This document shows, one piece after another, positions 1 to 10,300 of a stretch of DNA of 64,000 bases. A program made the position numbers and the translations under genes. Each line of letters opens with the position of its first letter. The first letter of the stretch is position 1. The notes beneath the pieces are model-generated. The model saw only the letters and a list, made by a program, of their open reading frames with translations, made no database searches and had not been told where the DNA came from. Location: the NCBI RefSeq assembly GCF_056746865.1, contig NZ_JBWKMP010000002.1. One strand, given 5' to 3'. This DNA is from a plasmid.

Positions 1-18
1 TATCTCATCAATAGTTCG

Positions 19-627
19 ATGGGCTACGTAACAGGCGGTCTAAAAGGTTTTGGGATCATGAGCCTCGGCTCTTTGTACAGTTCTTCTGACGCCGAATACA
101 TCCAGGTCAATCAATACCTAGTGTTCGTCCCCAATCCAAAAAAATTGCCTTACAATGATGAAAGTTTGGTACGTGAAGGAGCTAAGTATGTTTTTGAGCA
201 TACAAAAGCAACTCAGGCCTCATTTGGATACAACCCTGAAAAACAGAAAGCAGCTCTGGCCACATGTAAAATTGATATGGCAGTCGTCAATAAATGGAGT
301 ACCTGTGATCTGCCCTCTAAGCCTGATGCTGATGTTTTCCCTACAGATTCAATGTACAGCTTTCAGGCGATTCGCCCCGCAACAGGAACCGAAATTCCTC
401 AGCTAAACCTTCCCGCTGGTGATTACGCTGTAATTCGTTATGTGTTCATCCCATTTAAAGGAAACGAAACAAGCGCTGATTTTTCGGGTATCATTTTCCG
501 TTCTGATAGCCCAAATACAACAACTCCAGGGGGTGTTGCAGCCTCCATCAACGGAAAAGATTATTACCTCTTTACCGGTGAATACGGTAAAAAAGGCTTC
601 CCAGAAAAAACATTGAAAGCCAAGTAA
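19..627 (+). CDS. Hypothetical protein, possibly 5'-truncated by the window edge
   Basis: 202-aa ORF; the reading frame is open from position 1, so the true start may lie upstream. No recognisable motif. Followed by a hairpin terminator. Confidence 0.45.
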   Translation: MGYVTGGLKGFGIMSLGSLYSSSDAEYIQVNQYLVFVPNPKKLPYNDESLVREGAKYVFEHTKATQASFGYNPEKQKAALATCKIDMAVVNKWSTCDLPSKPDADVFPTDSMYSFQAIRPATGTEIPQLNLPAGDYAVIRYVFIPFKGNETSADFSGIIFRSDSPNTTTPGGVAASINGKDYYLFTGEYGKKGFPEKTLKAK

Positions 628-630
628 TTA

Positions 631-657
631 AAAAAGGGGCCTAACGGCCCCTTCTTC
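631..657. terminator. Bidirectional rho-independent terminator between convergent genes
   Basis: GC stem GGGGCC / GGCCCC with a 4-nt loop, flanked by an A-run on one side and a T-rich tract on the other; sits between the stops of the 19..627 (+) and 656..3844 (-) ORFs. Confidence 0.7.
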
Positions 658-3600
658 AATATTTCGGCAACTGCTTGCCCGTAACCGGATCCAGCGTAGT
701 TGAACCTACCTCACATATGGCCGGTCGAGGTAAATAGCTACAATCTACATTTTCCTCTTTTATAGCCTGAGCATTTTCTTGTCTGGCCTTTATCATATTT
801 TCTTCACCGCCCATTGCTTCCTTGGTACGTTCTGATGGAAGTTGATAGTTCTCATTCTGGAATGGTAAGTTTTCCACAATTGATTCTTCGGAGAATTTTG
901 AATATTGATCAGGAACTTCTCCTACCTGAACTGCATCATTAATCCACTCCGTCAGATCAATTTTATCGAAATCCAGTTGCTGTATTTGCTTTATTGATAG
1001 CCCCACGCAATTAGAGGCGACAGGGTCTATTCCTAATTGCGGATAAGCTTGTTGCATAATAACGCGTGACAACATGGAATTATAACAGCACATGTCTGTT
1101 GCTTTTTTAACGCATTTCTTTGTGAAACCAACATTCAGATATTTGACGCATCGTTCCGTATCTAATGTAAAACAGGATTTTTGATTCTTATGAATAGAAG
1201 CTTCCATCTCTTTCTGGTCGCATGCTACCAACATTTCTAAAAGCATTTTAGTGACCTGATAGGCTGTATAAATCCAACCGATCACGTTTAATGCAAGCAT
1301 AAAGTTTTGAACCGCAGCCGAGAAGACAACCTCTCCTCCGGTAGTAGCAACGTTCTTAAAGACAAAGTCTCGAACTGTATCTGGTAGCAATTCGTAGGCT
1401 TTCTTCATTGCCATCTGCTTAAGCTGACCTATACCGAAGCTGGACATTGTTTCCTGTGCCAACTGGCCAGCACCTCCTGCCCCTCCAGAAGTTGCGGAAG
1501 ACCCAACTGCCCTGCTTAGATTACCAGCGACGTTTTCATATACGCTCGTTAAGGAGCTCGTGACATTGTTCCACATTTGCCCTACTGTTTTACCAGCTGA
1601 TGCAGTCCACTCACCGACCGCATTGGACATAGAAGCCCATGTACCTGTATCACCGCCGGTCCATTTTATTAGCTGAGCATTAACTCTGGTCCAGTTAGTG
1701 TTTCTGATCATAGATCCGGCAAGCATGATACCTTCAAGTGCTCCTGCGGTTCCCTGCGGTGCTTCGCAGCAGTCCGTCTTTGCCAGGCCATTTACAAAGC
1801 CTACTGAACGACCACACCATTCAGGTTTTCCTTCAAAGACAGAACAGGAATTGGCATCGTTAGGGTCTTCGCATTTGGCTTCGCCCTGCATGTACTGAAC
1901 CATGTTTGAATAAGCCGCAACTTTTCCAAAATCGTTGTTCTCTTCCTTTGGCCCAGTTTCGCATGTTCCTCCAGAACATGGGATCATGCCAACACAGGCA
2001 TTTGTAGAAGATTCAACCTCACGAACTACATCCTTACCTCTGTCACAGGTGTATTTCTGTTCATACATGTAGCAGCTGTTAGTGCCCTCATCGAACCAAC
2101 CCTCTGCACATGTTTGTTTATCGAGTACACATGCTGCATCATTTTTATAAGAACTACATGCATCAGGCATACTCTTAATTTCTTCGTAGTTGTAACAGAG
2201 GTCCTTTCCATTAGCGTCTTTCATAATTTTCCCACTGGCGTCATAAGAGCAAATCTTGTCTTTAGCCAATGGATCACAAAAATAGCCTTCAAGGTTAGTC
2301 TTCCAGGTAAGAAAGCCTTTATCGCCTTCATACAGCGGCTTTGCCATAGAAAGCACGCTTTCCGGAAGCCGCTTCGTGCCAACATCCATATCTTTAAACC
2401 GATCGAAACGGCAGAATGTATTTGGTGTTTGTACAGCATCGTAACAACCAGCTGGTTCCTGGACGTGCTTATCTTCGAGCTTCATATTTTCAAACGTCAG
2501 CTCAACCTCAAAGTACCCTTCACCTCCCCCACCAACCCAGACTCTGGATGCCATTGTCACTTCACGATCAGGTTCTTCATAAACTGATTTTCTGACCTTT
2601 TCAGTTACATCGTATACTTTGTCGAGTTTCCACGATTTTTTTAACTCCCAAGATCCCTTTGGAGCCGGATAGTCACTTTCTCGATATGCACCATCTATGT
2701 GAGCAAAAATCTGCGTGCCATCAAGTGTTACCCGCATGTGGTCATCCCACTCCGCGTTAACAATCTTTGCTGAGGCCAATTTTGCATCCGGATGGAATTT
2801 TAATGTCAGTTCGTTATCAAATACCCCGTCACTCCAGTAGTTGTCATCACGGCGACCAAACCATATACGCACACAATTATCGCCGCACATCGACATGTCT
2901 CCGTTTCCGCCTGAAATGTATACAGGAACAGAGAAGTCACGAGTTATCGTGCAGCTGCTGAAGTTATCTTGCTTAGGCGAGTTACAGTAGAACTCTTTGT
3001 AATCAGGATAGTGTGTGGTTATTGTTTTTTTGGAGGTCTCAACATTACAGTTCTGAAGCCAGTTTCCAGTACCAGCAACAGCATTGGTTATCTCATTTCT
3101 CCCCGCAGTAAACATGGGATCGTTAGGCTTTACAGACGATGCCGGGTTGTCCTTGTTAGCATTTACGAGGGTGCGGTAGGCAACGCCATCATAACTTTGA
3201 GCATCAAATAACTGGCTTTTCCGATTCTTTATATCGTTAACAAAGCCATCCTCATCCCCATAACGATCTGCGGCGTTGAACTTTATATCGCTGTGCTTTT
3301 GCTCTGAGCTGAAAATCTCTCCCGTATTTGTTTTGGTTCCAGGAGTAGTATTGGGATTACTGCTTATACCAATGTTGCCATTAGCATCACGAGAGAGCAG
3401 CTTTGCCCCTTCCTTGGTGTAGTTTGAATTGATTGTCCCTCCAGACATACTCGGCAGTTGTACGGCGCTACCAATAGACTTTCCATCGGATGCGGCATTT
3501 TTCATGACACTTTCATTAGAGTTCCCTGCCCCATACTTCCCGAGATTAAGATTAGCGGATTCGGCTTTACCCACGTATTTCTCGGTGATCTTCCCACTGA

Positions 3601-3844
3601 CATTCTCGCCTGAATCCGCGTTCTTGTATTTCTCCACAATGTCCTGAGCACTGGTGGTTGCATTGCGATTTGCGTTAGGATTTGCAAGGTTAAAATTATT
3701 TTCGAGCTGGTCAAATATAGCGTCAGCAGCGTAAACACGTGGTGTCATTACCATGTTTATGAGTGTGACATAAAAAGCCCAACTCATAGTATTGGCAACC
3801 ATTGATGCAATAATCGCTGAGGTGATTGTTTTTCTAAGTTTCAC
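656..3844 (-). CDS. traN: TraN-like mating-pair stabilisation outer-membrane protein (large IncHI-type TrhN-like form)
   Basis: 1062-aa ORF with an N-terminal hydrophobic signal-like segment and a strongly cysteine-rich C-terminal half (many C-x(n)-C pairs), the hallmark of TraN. Lies immediately downstream of TraU/TraW/TraF-like genes in one minus-strand operon. Confidence 0.7.
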   Translation of the reverse strand: MKLRKTITSAIIASMVANTMSWAFYVTLINMVMTPRVYAADAIFDQLENNFNLANPNANRNATTSAQDIVEKYKNADSGENVSGKITEKYVGKAESANLNLGKYGAGNSNESVMKNAASDGKSIGSAVQLPSMSGGTINSNYTKEGAKLLSRDANGNIGISSNPNTTPGTKTNTGEIFSSEQKHSDIKFNAADRYGDEDGFVNDIKNRKSQLFDAQSYDGVAYRTLVNANKDNPASSVKPNDPMFTAGRNEITNAVAGTGNWLQNCNVETSKKTITTHYPDYKEFYCNSPKQDNFSSCTITRDFSVPVYISGGNGDMSMCGDNCVRIWFGRRDDNYWSDGVFDNELTLKFHPDAKLASAKIVNAEWDDHMRVTLDGTQIFAHIDGAYRESDYPAPKGSWELKKSWKLDKVYDVTEKVRKSVYEEPDREVTMASRVWVGGGGEGYFEVELTFENMKLEDKHVQEPAGCYDAVQTPNTFCRFDRFKDMDVGTKRLPESVLSMAKPLYEGDKGFLTWKTNLEGYFCDPLAKDKICSYDASGKIMKDANGKDLCYNYEEIKSMPDACSSYKNDAACVLDKQTCAEGWFDEGTNSCYMYEQKYTCDRGKDVVREVESSTNACVGMIPCSGGTCETGPKEENNDFGKVAAYSNMVQYMQGEAKCEDPNDANSCSVFEGKPEWCGRSVGFVNGLAKTDCCEAPQGTAGALEGIMLAGSMIRNTNWTRVNAQLIKWTGGDTGTWASMSNAVGEWTASAGKTVGQMWNNVTSSLTSVYENVAGNLSRAVGSSATSGGAGGAGQLAQETMSSFGIGQLKQMAMKKAYELLPDTVRDFVFKNVATTGGEVVFSAAVQNFMLALNVIGWIYTAYQVTKMLLEMLVACDQKEMEASIHKNQKSCFTLDTERCVKYLNVGFTKKCVKKATDMCCYNSMLSRVIMQQAYPQLGIDPVASNCVGLSIKQIQQLDFDKIDLTEWINDAVQVGEVPDQYSKFSEESIVENLPFQNENYQLPSERTKEAMGGEENMIKARQENAQAIKEENVDCSYLPRPAICEVGSTTLDPVTGKQLPKY

Positions 3845-3862
3845 TTATTTTCTCCTTAGAAA

Positions 3863-5023
3863 TCAAACGCCTGGAACGTAGCGAACACAACAGTCATTGT
3901 AACGCCACAACATATAGACATAATTATCGTTGCCTATTTTTTTGCGCCCACCTTTAAGGGTTGACCAGTCGTGTACCGAATCACCAAGACGATGACAGCA
4001 ATCCGGTCCCTTCGCCTCAGGAGTAGGGAAAAGCATTGAAAGCCGATACTGGGAACGTGGTGTAAAGTATTCCCACGTTTTCTCACACATTGCGTCTGCT
4101 CCCATCGTTCGCATCAGCATGCCTTGGCGATGTAGTTTTGTCAGAAGACGCTGGGTAATCAGTGAACTCGTCCTTACAGCGTCATCATTTGCGTAAATGT
4201 GGCCGGTTAATGGGTAAAGGTTGCCATCGCATCCGGCACAAAAGTATGCAGCGAGATTATCCTTTCCTGCTGTTACTGCTACACAGTCAGCAGCGCACAC
4301 CATTGAGGCAATTGGGTTTGCAAAAACTACTGCCTCGGGATTCAGGACGAGTGTAAGCAGATCACTTTCCCACATAGGGTCCACTTCGCTTATATAGGTC
4401 AGGCTGGCATCTATATAGGGTTCAGCAGTGCACTCGCCAATAATCAGTAATTTGAGCATTGTCATGATTGGGAACTCCCAAAGATGAACATCGTAAAATC
4501 CGGCTTCAGTTGCTGTCATTGGCTGATTAGTGTTGCTTTTACCAATATCAAACTGCGATTTTTGAAGCATCGTGCCTTCAAGAAAGGGGCTGCACCAGGG
4601 GCTCTTTACAACTTCTACAATCTTCACCGGCTGAAAGAAGCTCAATTGCCAACCTATTTCCGGTACGCCGTTCTGATCTGTGCAGTAGCAACCCGGACGT
4701 GAAGGTGCAGCGCCTTCTGGAGCAGCCCCTATGCCCATTATCCTCATGGGAAAAATGCAGCTCCAACAGATATTCTTAATCAAGCCCTGCCACACTCCAG
4801 CTGACTGACACATAGCCCCAGGGACTCCAGCATCTGCTGCCATAGCCATACCAGGTATAGAAAGCGAAAGCATAACTGCTACAATGAACTCTAAAAGTAA
4901 CTTTTTGAATTTTTTCACCATCATGCTCACTTGGATGTAATAAATGTTGCAACACTTTCGATATAGTCGACGGCTTTGGTAAAATAACTTCTCATCTGGT
5001 CCGGATAATTTAGCGTCAGCCAT
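3863..5023 (-). CDS. traU: TraU-like conjugal pilus assembly protein; true start probably the internal Met near 4924
   Basis: The ORF track gives 386 aa, but a typical signal peptide (MMVKKFKKLLLEFIVAVMLSLSIPGMAMA) begins 33 residues in. Multiple conserved Cys (ICWSCIFP...), periplasmic character, and position between the TraW-like and TraN-like genes. Confidence 0.65.
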   Translation of the reverse strand: MADAKLSGPDEKLFYQSRRLYRKCCNIYYIQVSMMVKKFKKLLLEFIVAVMLSLSIPGMAMAADAGVPGAMCQSAGVWQGLIKNICWSCIFPMRIMGIGAAPEGAAPSRPGCYCTDQNGVPEIGWQLSFFQPVKIVEVVKSPWCSPFLEGTMLQKSQFDIGKSNTNQPMTATEAGFYDVHLWEFPIMTMLKLLIIGECTAEPYIDASLTYISEVDPMWESDLLTLVLNPEAVVFANPIASMVCAADCVAVTAGKDNLAAYFCAGCDGNLYPLTGHIYANDDAVRTSSLITQRLLTKLHRQGMLMRTMGADAMCEKTWEYFTPRSQYRLSMLFPTPEAKGPDCCHRLGDSVHDWSTLKGGRKKIGNDNYVYMLWRYNDCCVRYVPGV

Positions 5024-5062
5024 GTTGCAAAGAGAGCGCCTATAATAAATCCGAGTTTCATA

Positions 5063-6586
5063 TTATTTTTCCTCTGAAAGATTTGGGGCTCCGATTCCAC
5101 GGACTTCTGCCTCGCTAAACAGGGTGATCCGGAATTTATCTTGGTCAGTAGTTATAAGCGCAGGTGTATTTTTAATCTGAAAGCGTGAGATAATCTGTTC
5201 GTTTACTTTAAACACCTTACCGTTAAATTTTTCACGTAAATCATTTAGGTGATCCCATCCATTATCTTTTTGGATACGGGTAAACATTGGCATTACTTTT
5301 CCACTACCCAGACGTTGTCGATACTGCTGCTCAGCCCATACCAGCTGGCCCGGATTGAGTGGATCGAAAATTATCATCGTCAGGTTTTGAGGAAATCTCG
5401 AAAGTGGATTAATCAACTCACCGGCGGAAGCTATTACACGGCCCTGCTTATCTTTTACGTCCTGAGTGACCCTCACTGTAGGGTCAATTAAAAATTCTTT
5501 GTGTTCCTGGGCAGGAGGGAGATCGACCATCCATTGATTTTTCCAGGTGTCCGCAACGGCCCTTTTTTTTGCACCTTCCCAGTCATATTTTTGTGCGCGT
5601 TCTTCCAGTTCTTTAATGATGCTCTTTTCTTCAACGGGATAAATCGTACCAGCAACAGGAAAAATGTCCTGATCGGGTTTTTTAGCAAGTTCTCGCTGAA
5701 AAAACTCAACGTTGAAGGACCCTACCATTTTTGCAAAACGAGCTTGCTCCCGAGAAATAATTGTCGGTACTTGAGTTACTTGATACTGACTGAAGCTATC
5801 AGGATCAATTGTAATCAAAGGAGATTCAAATTTTCCTTTGACAATCATTTGGTTTATTGCTGCCTGTGTCTCTGGTAGCCGAGTAGTTCCTTTCTTTAGA
5901 CCATTGAAAACTACACGAGCTTTATGCTCTGAGGCCGTACGTAAAAGGTCTTCCAGTACATAATCCGGTAAGCTAAATGAAGCAAAGATCGTTATACCAT
6001 TTTCAGTTGATAGTGCTTCTTCACGTGTGCTATCCATTTTTCTTTCGAAGTCAGCAGCTGTGATGCCCGAGGAACCAAACAATTTTTCGATATTTTTAGA
6101 TTGTCCTCGCATGACTTCCGGCTTATTTTCCACAGCTTTCAGAGCCGCTTCATTAAGGCTGGCGTTTTCCTGAATTTCATCACGTCTTCTAATTATATCG
6201 TTGACAGCATCAGAGTTATTACTTTGGGCCCTTATAGCCTGGGTATGGTCTATAACTGCTTGAACACTATCCGCATTCATACCGGGCACGTAACCACGGT
6301 TTGTTTGCCTGCTCAGGTCCTGGTTTTTTTTGAGTGCTTCAGCTTGCGCAATGTACTTCTGCACATCTGGTGAATTTAGCGTAGCATCAAGGCTAAGAGC
6401 CCCATCTGGCTGCTGTGCACCTTTAGCCTGAGCGCCAAGCCCTTTTGCTTGCTGAGCGATTAGGTCAGCATCATGTTGATACTCAGTGCTTGCATTTGTA
6501 TTACTTAAAACTGCACATAACGCAAGTCCAGGAAGTATTGGTAAATATTTTTTATTTACATTAAAAGATCGCATATGTTTTCCCAA
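5063..6586 (-). CDS. traW: TraW/TrbC-like fusion protein (pilus assembly)
   Basis: 507-aa ORF with an N-terminal signal peptide; the size fits the TraW-TrbC fusion found in IncHI-type transfer regions. Sits between the TraF-peptidase-like and TraU-like genes. Assignment rests mainly on synteny and size. Confidence 0.5.
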   Translation of the reverse strand: MGKHMRSFNVNKKYLPILPGLALCAVLSNTNASTEYQHDADLIAQQAKGLGAQAKGAQQPDGALSLDATLNSPDVQKYIAQAEALKKNQDLSRQTNRGYVPGMNADSVQAVIDHTQAIRAQSNNSDAVNDIIRRRDEIQENASLNEAALKAVENKPEVMRGQSKNIEKLFGSSGITAADFERKMDSTREEALSTENGITIFASFSLPDYVLEDLLRTASEHKARVVFNGLKKGTTRLPETQAAINQMIVKGKFESPLITIDPDSFSQYQVTQVPTIISREQARFAKMVGSFNVEFFQRELAKKPDQDIFPVAGTIYPVEEKSIIKELEERAQKYDWEGAKKRAVADTWKNQWMVDLPPAQEHKEFLIDPTVRVTQDVKDKQGRVIASAGELINPLSRFPQNLTMIIFDPLNPGQLVWAEQQYRQRLGSGKVMPMFTRIQKDNGWDHLNDLREKFNGKVFKVNEQIISRFQIKNTPALITTDQDKFRITLFSEAEVRGIGAPNLSEEK

Positions 6587-7073
6587 TTACTGAATTCAGC
6601 TTTACTGTTCCCCAAAAACGGGAATCCCATGAGTGATCGGTTTGCCCAATTAGGAAAACTTCGCCTTCAGGAATTATCAATTCTTTTTCAATCAAAATGG
6701 ACGGAATACTGTATTTCTTTGAAATACGACGTGCATTAGCTTCAAAAAATTTGTCCCCGTTATAAACCCCATCCATTGTTACTTTGAGTTTGTCACCGCC
6801 CACACCGGCAACAATTTTTATGACTCGTTCATTTTCTGGGATAAAACGAACCGATTTCGGCATGTTGAAAGCTATGAGTTCACCAGTTTTAATAGTTTTA
6901 TCCGAATGATCAATCATATAAAAATCAGCAGGCAGGCACCCATTCAATAAACCGTATCCAAATGTATAACGGGTGAAAAAGACACACATAACGAGAATCA
7001 GCAATAAAATATTAATGGGGACATACCAATCCAGTATAAGCAGCCCTCTCTTTTTAGGTATGTAGTCGCTCAT
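6561..7073 (-). CDS. traF: Conjugative signal peptidase, S26 family (TraF/TrhP-like)
   Basis: 170-aa ORF with an N-terminal transmembrane segment and an SWDSRFWG motif matching the conserved S26 signal-peptidase box (xDSRYxG); overlaps the downstream traW-like start. Confidence 0.7.
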   Translation of the reverse strand: MSDYIPKKRGLLILDWYVPINILLLILVMCVFFTRYTFGYGLLNGCLPADFYMIDHSDKTIKTGELIAFNMPKSVRFIPENERVIKIVAGVGGDKLKVTMDGVYNGDKFFEANARRISKKYSIPSILIEKELIIPEGEVFLIGQTDHSWDSRFWGTVKLNSVIGKTYAIF

Positions 7074-7304
7074 ATTTTTCTCACTAGCACTGAAGAATAT
7101 TTTTACTAAGTAGATACACCTCTATCCAAGTAACTATTATCCATGTTTTTCAACGCTCGGAAGTCTGCAAACTAACCTAATATTAACCTATAAGGATGTT
7201 AATTTCTCAGCATGTAGACGCAGCCTTGTTAGCGGCCATGAAAGATACCTTTGTAGCAAAGTTACTTTCCGGTATTAATTTTTCAAAGGTCCAATTGTTG
7301 GGCA

Positions 7305-7340
7305 TAAAAAAGCCGGGACAAAATGTCCCGGCTTTATATT
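7305..7340. terminator. Bidirectional rho-independent terminator
   Basis: Hairpin GCCGGGAC-(loop)-GTCCCGGC flanked by an A-run upstream and a T-run downstream; immediately 3' of the 1434-aa minus-strand gene. Confidence 0.7.
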
Positions 7341-7350
7341 TAAAAATTTA

Positions 7351-10300
7351 TTACTCACTGCTTGGTATTGATACAGTGTTTTCAGACTTACTTGCCTCTT
7401 CAGCCGGTCCGAAAACTGTCACGTGCTGCGTTGCAAAGTCTCCACTATCATCATAAGCAATTACTTTTATGTCCTGCTTACCACGGTTAAGGTTTTTAGA
7501 AAGTGTAGCCGTACTACCGAAAACGTTCCTTAATTCGCCGTTGATGAACCATTCATATCTAACCATTTTTCCATCAGTATCATCACATTTATTGGTAAAG
7601 CTCCAGCTTAGGTTGGTTTCCGTGTAGCTCAATGTACAATTAGGCACTGCGTTTTTAACGACATCAAACTCAACAGATGCTGAACCTCTCTGTCCAAGTT
7701 TACTAACAACATCAATTGTGATCTCGTATTTCTTTTCTTTTAAACCCGAAATCAGTTGAGCCCAATAATTTTTGCCGCTGGGTATTACCTCACCGTTCAC
7801 CTTGTATGTGACCGTATCTATCGAGTCCGCCGAATGAGATAGCTTGATGTTTGACCTTAAGGTTACATCGAGTGGAGCTCTCATATATTTGTTAGAGAAC
7901 TTGGGTGTCATCTCAACGTTCATTGGCGTTTGTTCATCGACAACAAAGGTATTTTCGATACGCTGTTCATTGTTGCGGTTATCTTTGAAAACAACCATCA
8001 ATGTATATTTGCCAGGATTTTCAATTGTAAATTCTTTGGTGTCACCTTCATCTTTAGTGATTACCAGATTCTCTTTGTCGTAAATCCATTCTCGGGAATA
8101 AGTAACACCAGGATAGTCTCCATCCTTAATACCGCTCAACGCAACGCGTAGGGTGGTCGGTGCCATGTCGTATTTAAGTTTGGAGCTTATTTTCATTTCG
8201 GGGAATTTATAAACCCACGATTTGACAGAAACTCTACGGGTAGAAACCGTATTCTCCTTATTGTCCGCTAACCATGCACTGTATTCAAAAGCAGCATATC
8301 CCTGTTTATCCAACATTTGCTCAGTAAGGGTAACAGACAGTGTAGAGCCTTTAAATGTCTGGCCATCCGGTGTTTTCCATTCTTCAACTACGTTATTACC
8401 ATTCTGGTACTTACTGTTAGGGTTCGTGAACTTACCTTCCAAAGTAACTTTTTGACCAACCTCTACCTTAGAAACCCCCGTTACCGAGACAGAAAGGCGC
8501 TTGGGTTTTGCGGCTGCCAACCGAGCAGACGTTTCCTTCCATGAAGACTCCTCTGCCAGTTCATCGAAATCAAGGTAACGCATCCGGGCATAAATCGTAG
8601 ACGGTAGGGTATCAGCTGAAGCCACAGTGTAAGTTGTATCTCCCTGCACCCAGTTGACTTTATCCTCTGACCAGAGAACCTCAGCGGTGCCTGCTGGTAT
8701 AGGCTCATCGTTATCAAGCAGGGTTACAGGTACATCTGAGCCCTGAAGAATGTCTGTCACATCTATACTGAGCTTAGGCTGCTTGTAGGTAACTACCGTT
8801 AAGGCATCTGTGTAGGAAACCTTAGATGTGAATTTATTGGTCATTTTTGCCCTATAAAGCCACTTTCCTACTTCTGTCTTTTTGATACTTACACTTCTCT
8901 TTCCGGTCATGTCGGAAAGCATATTCCAGGTTTGACCATTATCAGAGGACTGCTGCCATTCGGTGGGGGCAAGTGCGTCAGAGTTAGCAGTACTGGCAGA
9001 TTTGAAGCTTACCAGAGTACTAAGTGGGATCCTTCCGATAATAAGGCTTTTCGACAGGTTACCCTCCAGTTCCTCACCTTTATAGATTCGAATGCCTACA
9101 GCACTGGTCTCACGTTTCATTTCAAAATCAGAGAATGGCGATCTGACCTTAGCCACACCAACCAGACGCATATTACCCAGATCCATATTTTCAATTTTAA
9201 TCTTGGTTTCGACAATGCCCGCATCATTGACCGGCAATGCTTCAGTCAGCGCAGTTCTTTCGTATGTAGTTTTATAACGGCCTGTTTCTGGATCTTTGCC
9301 GTATACACTTTTTTGCGAGTATATCGTGACGTCCCATTCTCCCATTGTTTTACGGTCAAATGCACTTTTACGTGTGGAGTTGTTATAACGCCCCACTGTT
9401 ACCTTTAAGGGCACTTCAAGAGATGTGGCTGTTTTTCTGTCATCCACTTCCATCGATGCTCGAATATTGAAATCAGGCACCGTATATACGTTGAGTGTGT
9501 CTGTAGTTCTTAATTCTGGATCCTTTGAGTATTCTACAGCTATGTCAAAGACGTTCTTTGTCCACAATGGTGCAGCAGCAACCTTAACCCTTTGTACAAA
9601 GGTCGTTGCATCGTTGTTTGAGGAACGATTTTTAAATGACGTTTTGACAGCCTCAGAGCCGTTTTGAGAGACGATCATCGTAACGTCAGCTGGTACCACC
9701 TTCGCTAATATTCGAGCGGCCTCCCCCCCGGTCGTATAAGCCAGAGCAGTGTTCGGATTGATGCCAGCTATGACTTTATTCTTTTTGTAAGAGATGATCG
9801 GGTTGTATGGTAATTGTGTGGTCAGAGTACGGCGATTCCTTGCGGATACCGCTTTAGAGCCCTTCCCGTTAATCATATAGACTTGATAGTCGAGCAGATT
9901 CTCACCTGTTTTATTAAAGAATCCAGTTAGACCCGGGGTACGTCCTTTAAAATAGAACTCCAACCCATCAGGGACATTGTTCCACTGAGGGTAGCATGCT
10001 GTAACATCTGATTTTTCCCCATACCAGGCGAGGTAAGCATTCGCATTTTCCTCTGTGGTAAACAGAGTGCATTTATCACCAGCTGTTTGACTAAGCAGGT
10101 CCGTATACTGACGTACACGCGAGTAAAGAGTTACGTTTTTTTCCAGATTCTTGAGAGTGAATCCAGTAGGTTGATAAGTGAAAACGGTACTGAAATTAAC
10201 GTTTTTTCCATAAAGGTTTTCAGCCACCACAGTAATCTCGTGATCCGAATTAACTGCTAAATCGTCTCCAACCGGCAGGTAGTAAATACCTCTATAATTT

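Noticed and set aside
155-406. 83-aa ORF overlapping the 19..627 gene in another frame
   Set aside because: Completely nested within a longer ORF on the same strand; most likely spurious.
1698-3738. Multiple ORFs of 61-157 aa antisense to or overlapping the traN-like gene (for example 2114..2587, 2969..3211, 3502..3738)
   Set aside because: They are embedded in a long, well-supported coding region and have low-complexity or hydrophobic nonsense-like translations; typical shadow ORFs.
8932-9408. 158-aa plus-strand ORF and several others antisense to the 1434-aa gene
   Set aside because: Nested in the long minus-strand ORF, which has a signal peptide and consistent coding character; regarded as shadow ORFs.
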